The notes under the pieces were generated by a model, which was not told the origin of the DNA, made no database searches, and was given only the letters and a program-made list of their open reading frames with translations. Below are positions 27,589-36,465 of a DNA stretch of 64,000 nucleotides, piece after piece. Within the stretch, counting starts at the first letter, position 1. Each line of letters starts with the position of its first letter. The position numbers and the translations under genes are program-made. The DNA comes from Acidimicrobiales bacterium (GTDB taxonomy: Bacteria > Actinomycetota > Acidimicrobiia > Acidimicrobiales > RAAP-2), in the NCBI GenBank assembly GCA_035937595.1, contig DASZHS010000001.1, positions 1,800 to 65,799 on the forward strand, given 5' to 3'.

Positions 27589-28059
27589 TCAGCTCGCCGG
27601 TGTCGACTCCGCGGCGGCCTTCAGCCGCTCGAGCGTCTGGGTCATCGTCTCGCTGTTGTGGGTCTCGCGGTCCTCGATGCCGGTGCCGAGCTTGCCGAAG
27701 AACTTGGCGACCGAGCCCCGCTGGTCGACCGTGGACTCCGTCACCCGACAGCCGGACGGGATCGGCTCGAGCTCGTAGCGCCACTCGGCCACCTTGAAGG
27801 GCCCCACGTTGATGAGGAAGGCGAGCGCCTTGTCCGGCGTCGCCTCGGTGATCCTCCCGTGGGTCGTCCAGGTCTTCGAGCCGTGCCGGTTCGCCCCCTT
27901 GAACGTGACGCCCACCGCCGGCCCCGACGCCCCCTTCAGCCACTCGACGCCCTCGTTCTCGGGCGACCACCTGCCCATCTGCGTGAGATCCGCCACGAGC
28001 CCCCAGACCTTCTCGGGGGGCGCGGCGATCTCCGTCGTCACCTGCACGCGCGCTGCCAT
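27589..28059 (-). CDS. SRPBCC (polyketide cyclase/dehydrase-like) family protein
   Basis: 156 aa. The N-terminus ...I.APPEKVWGLVADLTQMGRWSPE is typical of the family. Confidence 0.8.
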   Translation of the reverse strand: MAARVQVTTEIAAPPEKVWGLVADLTQMGRWSPENEGVEWLKGASGPAVGVTFKGANRHGSKTWTTHGRITEATPDKALAFLINVGPFKVAEWRYELEPIPSGCRVTESTVDQRGSVAKFFGKLGTGIEDRETHNSETMTQTLERLKAAAESTPAS

Positions 28060-28127
28060 GCCGCGACGGTAGCCGCGACGGCGAAGTCGGGCACGACGCG
28101 GGCTGGTCCTGGTGGTCGAGCCGCCCG

Positions 28128-28742
28128 CTACCCCGTGCCGAGCGCGACGTCGTCACCGCGCACGAGACGGATGAGCTCGCCGTAGCCGCCGCGGGCGTCG
28201 GCCGGGACGCGCCACACGTCGACCGTCGCGAAGACGCCGAGCGTGCGGATCCGGATCGCCGGCGCGCCCTGGCGTGCGCGGTCGGACCCCCACTCGCGGC
28301 GGTGCCCGAAGATCGCGAGCCCGCCGACGGCGACGTCGACGCCCTCGGGCACGTAGACGTCGACGTTGCCGAAGAGGGCGAGCACGTTGACGCGCGTGGT
28401 CGGTGCGTCGATCTGCGCCTCGCGCAGGTCGAGGTCGAGGTCCGAGAAGGCGGCGGCGGCGACCGTCGAGCCCTTGAGGCGGAGCCGCCCGCGCCGCACG
28501 ACGTGGGCGAACAGCGCCACGGTCGCGCGCGTGGGCCGACGCCGCGGGAGCGCCGCCGGCGCCGTCGGGACCGGGAGGTCGGACTGGATCGCGGCGAGCT
28601 CGCCGTGCACCCGCGCGCGGTAGGCCTGCTCGACGCGCTCGGTGAACTCCTCGAGGTTCAGCCGCCCGTCGAGCAGGTGCTCACGGAGCGCGACGACCGC
28701 CTGCTCGCGCTCGGCGTCCGAGGCCCGAAGCTCGGGATCCAC
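28128..28742 (-). CDS. DUF1707 domain protein with LiaF-like C-terminal domain
   Basis: The N-terminus LRASDAEREQAVVALREHLLDGRLNLEEFTERV is the DUF1707 motif. Confidence 0.8.
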   Translation of the reverse strand: MDPELRASDAEREQAVVALREHLLDGRLNLEEFTERVEQAYRARVHGELAAIQSDLPVPTAPAALPRRRPTRATVALFAHVVRRGRLRLKGSTVAAAAFSDLDLDLREAQIDAPTTRVNVLALFGNVDVYVPEGVDVAVGGLAIFGHRREWGSDRARQGAPAIRIRTLGVFATVDVWRVPADARGGYGELIRLVRGDDVALGTG

Positions 28743-28848
28743 CGCAGGAATCTAGCCCTGGCGCCCGCCGTGAGGTCGGCCGCCGCGTGGCCGCGCGGCG
28801 CGGCGCCGACGCGGCGCCTCGAGAGCGCTGCGATCGATCCGGCGCGGG

Positions 28849-29322
28849 TCAGGCGCCGTCGACGCTGAGGCGCGGCGTGGCCGCGAGGACCTCGAGCGCA
28901 CGGTCCGCGTGGCGGTCCATGCTGAACGCCGAGTCGATGACCTCGAGCACACGGCGGCGCTCGTCGAGGACGAAGGTGACGCGGCGCACCTTGAGGATGT
29001 TCAGCGCGCGCTTCACGCCGAAGGCCTTGGCGACCGCGCCGTCTTGGTCGCTGAGCAGCGGGTAGTCGAAGCCGTGCCGCTCGGCGAACGTCGCCTGCTT
29101 GTCGACCGAGTCCATGGAGATCCCGACGCGCACCGCACCGGCGGCGTCGAACTCGGCACCCAGGTCGCGGAAGTGGCAGCTCTCCTTGGTGCAGCCCGTC
29201 GTCATCGCCGCGGGGTAGAAGAACAGCACCGTGCGCCGTCCGTCGGCGATCGTCGAGAGCGACCGGACGCGACCCGTCTGGTCCGGGAGCTCGACGTCGG
29301 GCGCGGTGTCCCCGGCGTGCAC
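28849..29322 (-). CDS. bcp: peroxiredoxin (Bcp type)
   Basis: GTG at 29322. FFYPAAMTTGCTKESCHFRD contains the peroxidatic CxxxxC region. Confidence 0.88.
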   Translation of the reverse strand: MHAGDTAPDVELPDQTGRVRSLSTIADGRRTVLFFYPAAMTTGCTKESCHFRDLGAEFDAAGAVRVGISMDSVDKQATFAERHGFDYPLLSDQDGAVAKAFGVKRALNILKVRRVTFVLDERRRVLEVIDSAFSMDRHADRALEVLAATPRLSVDGA

Positions 29323-29360
29323 GTGCGCAGCGTAGGCGGATGGACCCGGCGAGCCGGTGC

Positions 29361-30086
29361 TCAGGGGTCGAAGCGGAACCCGATCCCGCGGACGGTGACG
29401 AGGTGGACGGGCGCGCCCGGGTCCTTCTCGAACTTTCGGCGGATGCGCTTCACGTGGGTGTCGAGCGTCCGGGTGTCGGCGAGGTCCTGGCCCCACCACA
29501 GCGTGTCGATGCACTCCTCGCGGGTCACGACCTGCCCCGCTCTCGAGATGAGCAGCGCCAGCAGCTCGAACTCCTTGCGCGACAGCTCGAGGAGCGCGCC
29601 GTCGACGGACGCCTCGTGGCGCGCGAGGTCGAGCCGCACCCCGCCGGCGCTCACGACCTGGTCGTCGACGCCGGTGTCGCGTCGTCGTCGCAGCACCGCT
29701 CGCATGCGGGCCACGAGCTCGCGGAGCCGGTAGGGCTTGGCGACGTAGTCGGCGGCCCCGAGCTCGAGCGCCAGCACGACGTCGACCTCGCCGTCGCGTG
29801 CGGTGACCATGATCACGGGCACGTCCCGCTCCGCGCGGATCTCCCGGCACAGCTCGATGCCCGAGACGTCGGGGAGCATGACGTCGAGGAGCACGAGGTC
29901 GGGTCGGTCGCGCCGCACCGCGGCGCGCGCCTCGGCACCGTCGGCGGCGACGACGACGTCGAAGCCCTCCTGGGAGAGCCCGATGCTGAGCGCGTCGCGG
30001 TAGCTCTCCTCGTCGTCGACGACCAGCACCAGCTCGTGGGAGCGAGCGCGCGAGTCGCTCGCGGTGACCGGCGTCGTGGCGCTCAT
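29361..30086 (-). CDS. OmpR-family response regulator, RegX3-like, with no adjacent kinase
   Basis: ATG at 30086. The receiver reads LVVDDEES...LLDVMLP...VPVIMVTARDGEVDVVLALELGAADYVAKPY. The winged-helix output reads ...TLDTHVKRIRRKFE...TVRGIGFRF. Confidence 0.9.
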   Translation of the reverse strand: MSATTPVTASDSRARSHELVLVVDDEESYRDALSIGLSQEGFDVVVAADGAEARAAVRRDRPDLVLLDVMLPDVSGIELCREIRAERDVPVIMVTARDGEVDVVLALELGAADYVAKPYRLRELVARMRAVLRRRRDTGVDDQVVSAGGVRLDLARHEASVDGALLELSRKEFELLALLISRAGQVVTREECIDTLWWGQDLADTRTLDTHVKRIRRKFEKDPGAPVHLVTVRGIGFRFDP

Positions 30087-30363
30087 CGGGTGGACGGCGA
30101 CCTCGGGACCAGTCGCAGCAGCGGCCGCACGCGGCACCGTCGAGGCTGCCCGCGCCGGTGTCGACCCGGGCACGCGGCACGCCGGCCGTGCGCTGGGACC
30201 GGCGTGCCGCCACCCGTCGAGGTGGGCATGACCATCGGCCGAGGGGGAGAGTTCCGCCGGGGCCATGCCACACCTGCACGGTATGGGGACGAGGTGAACC
30301 TGAGGTGAAGCGTGCCCGACCCCGAGGTAGCCGCTGGGTGTCGCTCGTCGTCGGTCGTCACCG

Positions 30364-31506
30364 TCACGGCACCCAGTCGCACGCCGCAACGGCCTCGTCC
30401 GCGAGCGGGTAGGCCGCCATCTCGTCGCCGACGCGGCGCGCGGCGTCGCCGTACGACGGGTCGTCGAGCACGCGCTCGACGGCCGCGCGGAGCGCCGGTC
30501 CGACGTCGGCCCACGCGTCCTCTCCGGTGCCCGCCGCCACGACGAGCCCGGCGCCGGCGCCGGCGACGACCGCACCGTTGCGCGCGTTGTCGGCGAACAG
30601 GGGGCACACGACGACGGGCAACCCGGCCGCCAGCGCGCCGAAGGTCGTGCCGGAGCCACCGTGGCACACGACGACGTCGCAGGCGGCGAGCACCGACGCC
30701 TGCGGCACCCAGGGCTCCACGTGGACGTTCCCTGGCAGCGCGCCGAGCGCCGCTCGATCGAAGCCGCGGCCGACGGTGAGCAGCACGCGGACCTTGGCGT
30801 CCCCGAGCGCAGTGGCGGCCGTTCGGAACGCGCGCGCGGCGAGCTCGGTGTGGCTGACGATGCTGCCGAACGTCACGTAGACGAGCGGCGCCGCCGCGTC
30901 GTCCCACCACCTCGGGAGCGGCGCCGGAGTGGCGGGGGCGACGCGGTAGCGCACGGTCACGTCCCACGGAGAGGGGTCGAGCCCCGCCGGGAAGGCCGTG
31001 AGGAAGGGCGCCCGTGCGATCGCGTCGGCGGTTCCCGCGCCGAAGCCGTCGACGACCGCGCCCACCATGGACAGCACGTCGCGCTCGATGCGGGCCTGGG
31101 AGATCGCGATCGTCCCGAGGGGTAGACCGCCCGACCGCGCCGCGACCGCGGACGCGTACTCGCACGGCTCGCGGAGCACGAGGTCCGGCCGTAGCCGCTC
31201 GGCGAGCGCGACGGCGGCGGGCAGCATGGCGCGCGTGCCGTGCTCGGCGAACAGCTCGCGGTCGATGAGCCCCGGATCGGCGGCCGCCGCGCCGCGCCCG
31301 AGGCGGTCGCGGTAGGCGTGGACGACCGCCGGGGCCGGCTCGCCGCCGACCACGAGCGCGAGCCCCGCCGTTCGCGCCGCGGGCACCAGCGCGGGCGGCA
31401 CGAGGAGCGTGACGTCGTGCCCAAAGCTCGCGAGCTGGCGTCCCACCGCGGCGACGGGCTCGAGGTGCCCCGCGCCGCCGAGCGACGTGGCGACGACGAC
31501 GCGCAC
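30364..31506 (-). CDS. glycosyltransferase (GT1 / MGT-UDP-glycosyltransferase family)
   Basis: 380 aa. N-terminus GGAGHLEPVAAV, C-terminus CHGGSGTTFGALAAGLPVVVCPLFADN. Confidence 0.85.
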   Translation of the reverse strand: MRVVVATSLGGAGHLEPVAAVGRQLASFGHDVTLLVPPALVPAARTAGLALVVGGEPAPAVVHAYRDRLGRGAAAADPGLIDRELFAEHGTRAMLPAAVALAERLRPDLVLREPCEYASAVAARSGGLPLGTIAISQARIERDVLSMVGAVVDGFGAGTADAIARAPFLTAFPAGLDPSPWDVTVRYRVAPATPAPLPRWWDDAAAPLVYVTFGSIVSHTELAARAFRTAATALGDAKVRVLLTVGRGFDRAALGALPGNVHVEPWVPQASVLAACDVVVCHGGSGTTFGALAAGLPVVVCPLFADNARNGAVVAGAGAGLVVAAGTGEDAWADVGPALRAAVERVLDDPSYGDAARRVGDEMAAYPLADEAVAACDWVP

Positions 31507-31642
31507 AAAGGGAACCTAGGCCACGCGATCCCTTGCGATGGCTGGGGATCCGCCCCGCGACGGCGCCCTGGGACCCCCTCGGGAATCACGGCCCTCGAGA
31601 TTTAGTTGTTGTGTCAGGCAAATCAGGACGAGAAGGACCCCG

Positions 31643-34012
31643 ATGACGAACGAGAACGTGACGCTCCCCCTGCTGCCCCTCACCTCCGGGGTGGTGCTGC
31701 CGGGGATGGTCTTCACCATGGCGCTCGAGTCCGGCGAGGCCCGAGCCGCCGTCGAGGCCGCCCGCTCGGCCGGTGGCCATCTGCTGCTGGTGCCCCACAT
31801 CGAGGGCCGCTTCGCCAACGTCGGCGTGATCGCCGAGGTGATGGAGGAAGGCGAGCTCCCCGGCGGCCTGCCGGCCGTGGCCATCCGAGGCGACGGTCGC
31901 GCGGTCATCGGCACGGGCGTGCCGGGGACCGGCGACGCCCTGTGGGTCGAGGCCGAGCCCCTGGTCGAGCCCGAGCCCAGCCCGGCGGCCAACGAGCTCG
32001 CCCGCGAGTACCGCGCGGTGCTGGAGAACATCCTGCACAGCCGGGGCGCCGCGCGGATCGCCGCACAGCTGCGCGAGGTCACCGAACCGAGCCGTCTGGC
32101 CGACGTGTCGGGGTACTCGCCCGACCTCTCGCTCAGCCAGAAGGTGGAGGTGCTCGAGACGCTCGACGTCGAGGCACGGCTGCGCCTGGTCCTCGGCTGG
32201 GCGCGCGACACGCTCGCCGACCTCACGCTCCGCGAGAAGATCAAGACGGACGTGGAAGAGGGCATGGAGAAGACGCAACGAGAGTTCCTGTTGCGCCGAC
32301 AGCTCGACGCCATCCGCAAGGAGCTCGGCCAGCTGGGTGACGGCGACGCCGACGACCCCGACGACTACCGCGCCAGGATCGAGGCGCGGGACCTGCCCGA
32401 GCACGTGCGCACGGCGGTCGAGCGCGAGGTGAACAAGCTCGAGCGGACGAGCGATCAGAGTCCGGAGACGGGCTGGATCCGAACCTGGCTCGACACCGTG
32501 CTCGAGCTGCCCTGGGGCGTGGAGTCAGAGGACCGCCTCGACGTCGCCGAGGCATCCCGCATCTTGGAGCAGGACCACGACGGCCTCGAGGACGTGAAGG
32601 AGCGCATTCTCGAGCACCTCGCCGTCCGCAAGCTCCAGGCCGAGCGGGGCCTCGCGCCGGTCGACGGGCGCGGGTCGGGGTCCATCCTGGCCCTCGTCGG
32701 CCCCCCGGGCGTCGGCAAGACGTCGCTCGGCGAGTCGGTCGCGTCCGCCCTCGGGCGCAAGTTCGTCCGTGTCTCGCTGGGCGGGGTCCGCGACGAGGCC
32801 GAGATCCGGGGCCACCGTCGCACCTACGTCGGTGCCCAGCCCGGCCGGCTCGTCCGCGCCCTGCGTGAGGCGGGGACCATGAACCCGGTCATCGTCCTCG
32901 ACGAGGTCGACAAGATCGGCACGGACTTCCGGGGCGACCCCTCCTCGGCGCTGCTCGAGGTGCTCGACCCGGCGCAGAACCACACCTTCCGCGACCACTA
33001 CCTCGAGGTCGACCTCGACCTGTCGCGCGTGCTGTTCATCGCGACGGCCAACGTGACCGAGACGATCCCGGGACCCCTGCTCGACCGCGTCGAGGTGATC
33101 CGCATCGATGGCTACACCGAGTCGGAGAAGGTCGCGATCGCCAAGCACCACCTCGTGGCTCGCCAGCTCGCCCGCGCTGCGCTGCACCCCGAGGAGGTGC
33201 AGGTCAGCGACGAGGCGCTCGGCGCCATCGTCGCCGACTACACGCGGGAGGCTGGCGTGCGCAACCTCGAGCGCGAGCTCGGGAAGCTCATGCGCAAGGT
33301 GGCGACCGCGTTGGCCTCCGGTGAGCGCCCAGCGCCCGTCGTGGTCGACGCCGGCGACGTGCGGGGGTGGCTTGGCCGGCCACGATTCTTCTTCGAGCCC
33401 GCAGACCGAACGAGCGTCCCCGGTGTTGCCACGGGCCTGGCCGTCACCGGTGCCGGCGGCGACGTGCTGTTCGTCGAGGCGAGCGTGGCCGACGGGCCCG
33501 AGGGACTGATCCTCACCGGTCAGCTGGGCGACGTGATGAAGGAGTCGGCAGAGATCGCGTTGTCGTTCGTCCGCTCGCACGCAGCTGAGCTCGGCATCGA
33601 TGCGACCGCCTTTGCGGGCCGGCGGTTCCACGTGCACGTCCCCGCTGGCGCGGTTCCAAAGGACGGTCCGTCGGCGGGTGTGACGATGACGACGGCGCTC
33701 GTGAGCCTGCTGCGTGACGTGCCGGTGCGCCCGGTCCTCGGGATGACCGGCGAGGTCACACTCCAGGGTCGCGTGCTGCCCATCGGTGGCGTCAAGCAGA
33801 AGGTGCTGGCCGCCCACCGGGCTGGGCTGACCGAGGTCGTCCTGCCGGAGCGCAACGGACCCGACCTCGAGGACGTCCCCGCAGAGGTCCGCGAGGCCAT
33901 GACGTTCCACCTGGCCGCCACGGTCGCCGACGTCCTCGCGCCGGCACTGTCTTCGACGGACGCGGCGGCATCGGGGACCGGAACGGACACCGGGCTGGGT
34001 GTCGCCGCCTGA
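31643..34012 (+). CDS. lon: ATP-dependent Lon protease
   Basis: ATG at 31643. It has a LON N-domain, AAA+ Walker A GPPGVGKTS, and the protease motif PKDGPSAGVTM with the catalytic Ser. Confidence 0.95.
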   Translation: MTNENVTLPLLPLTSGVVLPGMVFTMALESGEARAAVEAARSAGGHLLLVPHIEGRFANVGVIAEVMEEGELPGGLPAVAIRGDGRAVIGTGVPGTGDALWVEAEPLVEPEPSPAANELAREYRAVLENILHSRGAARIAAQLREVTEPSRLADVSGYSPDLSLSQKVEVLETLDVEARLRLVLGWARDTLADLTLREKIKTDVEEGMEKTQREFLLRRQLDAIRKELGQLGDGDADDPDDYRARIEARDLPEHVRTAVEREVNKLERTSDQSPETGWIRTWLDTVLELPWGVESEDRLDVAEASRILEQDHDGLEDVKERILEHLAVRKLQAERGLAPVDGRGSGSILALVGPPGVGKTSLGESVASALGRKFVRVSLGGVRDEAEIRGHRRTYVGAQPGRLVRALREAGTMNPVIVLDEVDKIGTDFRGDPSSALLEVLDPAQNHTFRDHYLEVDLDLSRVLFIATANVTETIPGPLLDRVEVIRIDGYTESEKVAIAKHHLVARQLARAALHPEEVQVSDEALGAIVADYTREAGVRNLERELGKLMRKVATALASGERPAPVVVDAGDVRGWLGRPRFFFEPADRTSVPGVATGLAVTGAGGDVLFVEASVADGPEGLILTGQLGDVMKESAEIALSFVRSHAAELGIDATAFAGRRFHVHVPAGAVPKDGPSAGVTMTTALVSLLRDVPVRPVLGMTGEVTLQGRVLPIGGVKQKVLAAHRAGLTEVVLPERNGPDLEDVPAEVREAMTFHLAATVADVLAPALSSTDAAASGTGTDTGLGVAA

Positions 34013-34083
34013 CAAGTCACGCGAGCGCGGCCGCCCCTTCGTATCGCCTTGCACGCCGGCGACGGGATGCGATCGCGCTCAGC

Positions 34084-34524
34084 TCACCTGACGCGCACCG
34101 TGACGTAGAAGCTGCCATTGCCCATCGTGCAGCGGAGCGCCTCGCCGCAGGAGACTCGTGACGCAGAGAGGGTGGCGCTCCCGGGTGCGGACGCCCGGAA
34201 CGTCGCCGTGACGGTGCCGCAGCCTTGGCCGGGGACGCAACCCCGCAACCGCGGGACCACCGTCACGGCACCACGTGCTGGCAGCACATCGGCGTTCGAG
34301 CTCGGATGCATCGACCAGTAGGTGCTGTCGAGGACCACGCGGAGGGTCTCGCCGGTATGGAGGTACACCGTCGATCCCTTGTCGCCGAACGTGACGGTGA
34401 CCGTGCCGGCGCGCTTGGGCGCCGCGCCAGACTGGCTGGCGACGAGCCCACCGAGGCCGAACACCAGGAGCACCGCGGCAGTGCCCAGACCGAAGCGCAT
34501 GACTCGTGTCTGCTCGCGTCGCAT
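34084..34524 (-). CDS. small secreted hypothetical protein (4 Cys, beta-rich)
   Basis: ATG at 34524 has AAGGAG 7 nt upstream. Signal peptide MRREQTRVMRFGLGTAAVLLVFGLGGLVASQSGAA. The mature part of about 110 aa contains the Cys pairs C..GQGC and C....RC. Confidence 0.65.
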   Translation of the reverse strand: MRREQTRVMRFGLGTAAVLLVFGLGGLVASQSGAAPKRAGTVTVTFGDKGSTVYLHTGETLRVVLDSTYWSMHPSSNADVLPARGAVTVVPRLRGCVPGQGCGTVTATFRASAPGSATLSASRVSCGEALRCTMGNGSFYVTVRVR

Positions 34525-34897
34525 CTCGTGAACTCCTTGTCGTCGAGCGGCCCCGATGGCCGGCACCTCCTTCCTGTCGCGACGGGCGGACTCCTTTCAC
34601 TTCCGCCCGACGGCCGGTGCCGCCGGTGTTGCCCCAAGCGCAGCCCCAAGCGCGGCCCCAGTGCGTCATGTGCGCAGACGGGAGCTTCGCCGGCGTCAGA
34701 GGTCTCGGACCCGGTGGCTGCCATCGAGGCTGACGAAGTGTCGCGGTCGCTCCAAGCCACGTCTGGACAGAGGGCGACGGGTGCCGCCGGGGCCGGTCAC
34801 ACCACGTTCGACCGGCGCAACCCCAGCGCGGGCCCTCGCCGTCGCCGTCGCCGTCGCGGTTTGAGCTCACGACACGCCGGTCGTAGCCTGCGGCGCG

Positions 34898-35965
34898 ATG
34901 AGGACGATTCGAGGATTTAGCCCCGCGCTTTTGCGCCTTGGGCGTGTCGGCACGGCGAGCCTTGCCTTGGCGACGGCGCTCGCCGGCTCGAGCTGGCACG
35001 TTGTCCATGGGCCCGGCGCGCACGGGAACCGACTCACGGGTGTGTCCTGCGCCTCACCGACCTTCTGCTTCGCGGTCGGTCAGTCCGGCAAAGGCGCAAC
35101 CTTGGCCGAGCTGTGGAACGGCCACCTGTGGACCATCACCACCGGCGCGAGGTTGCAGGGGCCGACCAGCTCCCTCTCGAGCGTGTCGTGTCTGTCGGGG
35201 AACGCCTGCTGGGCGATCGGCGTAGCCAAGAGCGACTTGTTCGAGCACTGGAACGGGAGCGACTGGCACGTGATCAGCGGCCCGCCGGGCTCATGGAGCC
35301 CTACGGGGCTGTCGTGCCCGAGCTCCACGTTCTGCGTCGCTTCGGGGAATACCGGCACTGCTGCAGACCTGGCGATCTGGAACGGTCAGCGATGGGTCGT
35401 GACGCACGGTGCGAAGTCGGAATCGAGAGCTCGCCTGCCGGCGGTCTCCTGTTCCTCGATCATGTTCTGCGAGGCAGTGGGCGTAGTGCCCAGTCGCACG
35501 GCTTCCCAGGTCCCCGCTGCGGAGTCGTGGGACGGGCAGGGTTGGGTGAACTCGCACGCTATCGCCCCTCGCTACGCGTCCCTCGATGGTGTCTCGTGCT
35601 GGTCCGCCTCGGGTTGCCTGGCCGTCGGCTCCGCGTACGTGCGGGCCGCTGGCCTCTCGGGGTTCGCCGAGCGGTGGAACGGCCTCCGATGGTCGAGGGT
35701 GAAGGTACCGCTGGCGAGAGGTGAGGTGCTGCTCAACGTGGCGTGCACGGGCCCAAGTCACTGCCTCGTCGTCGGACATGAAGGAATACAGCCGATCGTC
35801 TTGTCGTGGAACGGCAGGAGCATGGCGACGGCGAGAACCCAGCACGTGACGGCTGGCGGTGTCCTCAGCGCGATAGCGCTCACCGGGGGATTCGGTGTCG
35901 CCGTTGGCTTCTCCAACGGGACAGGGTCGCGGGCAGGGAGCTCGCTCATCGAGATGCAGACGTGA
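34898..35965 (+). CDS. secreted repeat protein with 6-7 copies of a Cys-pair motif (propeller-like)
   Basis: 355 aa. The unit of about 45 aa is [LV]xxVSCxSxxxCxAVG....(A)xxWNGxxW, read six times, plus a degenerate seventh copy lacking the Cys residues. There is a hydrophobic N-terminal signal-like segment. Confidence 0.65.
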   Translation: MRTIRGFSPALLRLGRVGTASLALATALAGSSWHVVHGPGAHGNRLTGVSCASPTFCFAVGQSGKGATLAELWNGHLWTITTGARLQGPTSSLSSVSCLSGNACWAIGVAKSDLFEHWNGSDWHVISGPPGSWSPTGLSCPSSTFCVASGNTGTAADLAIWNGQRWVVTHGAKSESRARLPAVSCSSIMFCEAVGVVPSRTASQVPAAESWDGQGWVNSHAIAPRYASLDGVSCWSASGCLAVGSAYVRAAGLSGFAERWNGLRWSRVKVPLARGEVLLNVACTGPSHCLVVGHEGIQPIVLSWNGRSMATARTQHVTAGGVLSAIALTGGFGVAVGFSNGTGSRAGSSLIEMQT

Positions 35966-36465
35966 ACGCTGTCCGCATGGGAGTCGACGCAGGTCGCGCA
36001 GCACGCCGATCCAGTCGTCCGAGAATCGATTGAATGGCGACTGGGTTCGGGGAGAGTAGCGCCGCCAGCTGACGGTTTTGGGCGGCACAAGGTCTGCCAC
36101 ACGACACGCATCGGTGCTCCAACGCGAGCTCGTTGTGGACAGGTGCAATCAGTCGTCGACCTCGACGCGCGCGGTGCGGCGGGTAGCAGCGCAATCTGCA
36201 AGTGGCGACAGCGGTACCCGTGAGTCAGCACGTGATGAAGTTCTCACGACCCGGCGCGTCGCATCCAGTGGTTGAGGGCAGGGTTGCACTCCTCCCTCGG
36301 ACGACGCCGCAGGTTGCAGCGCTTCCACGTGACGGCGATCGACTCCTGGCCTAGGGTGGCCGAGCCGCGACAACGGCGCGAACCTACAACGGGCGTTCGG
36401 TCCATGCCGAAGCAGGGATTCCCATGGAGCCTTCCGGACGGCCGTCAACCAAACGGAGGACACAC

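Noticed and set aside
30087-30363. Possible decayed senX3-like histidine kinase upstream of the response regulator.
   Set aside because: Translation of all three minus-strand frames gives no H-box, N-box or G-box motifs. The region is too short (277 bp).
31507-31642. Searched the lon upstream region for HAIR (CTTGAGT-N7-ACTCAAG) or CIRCE elements.
   Set aside because: No inverted repeat of that type is present, so lon cannot be assigned to the HspR or HrcA regulon from sequence.
34631-34860. Short repeats in the islet's first gap: CCCCAAGCGC(A/G)G in two copies near 34634-34657, and GCCGTC in three copies near 34840-34857.
   Set aside because: These are very short, low-complexity GC repeats of the kind common in this genome. 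They have no associated structure or ORF.
34079-35023. 314-aa minus-strand ORF overlapping the small secreted gene and the start of the repeat protein.
   Set aside because: It is an alternative frame of 34084..34524 with an Arg/Gly/Pro-rich product. The shorter frame has an SD, a signal peptide and sensible composition.
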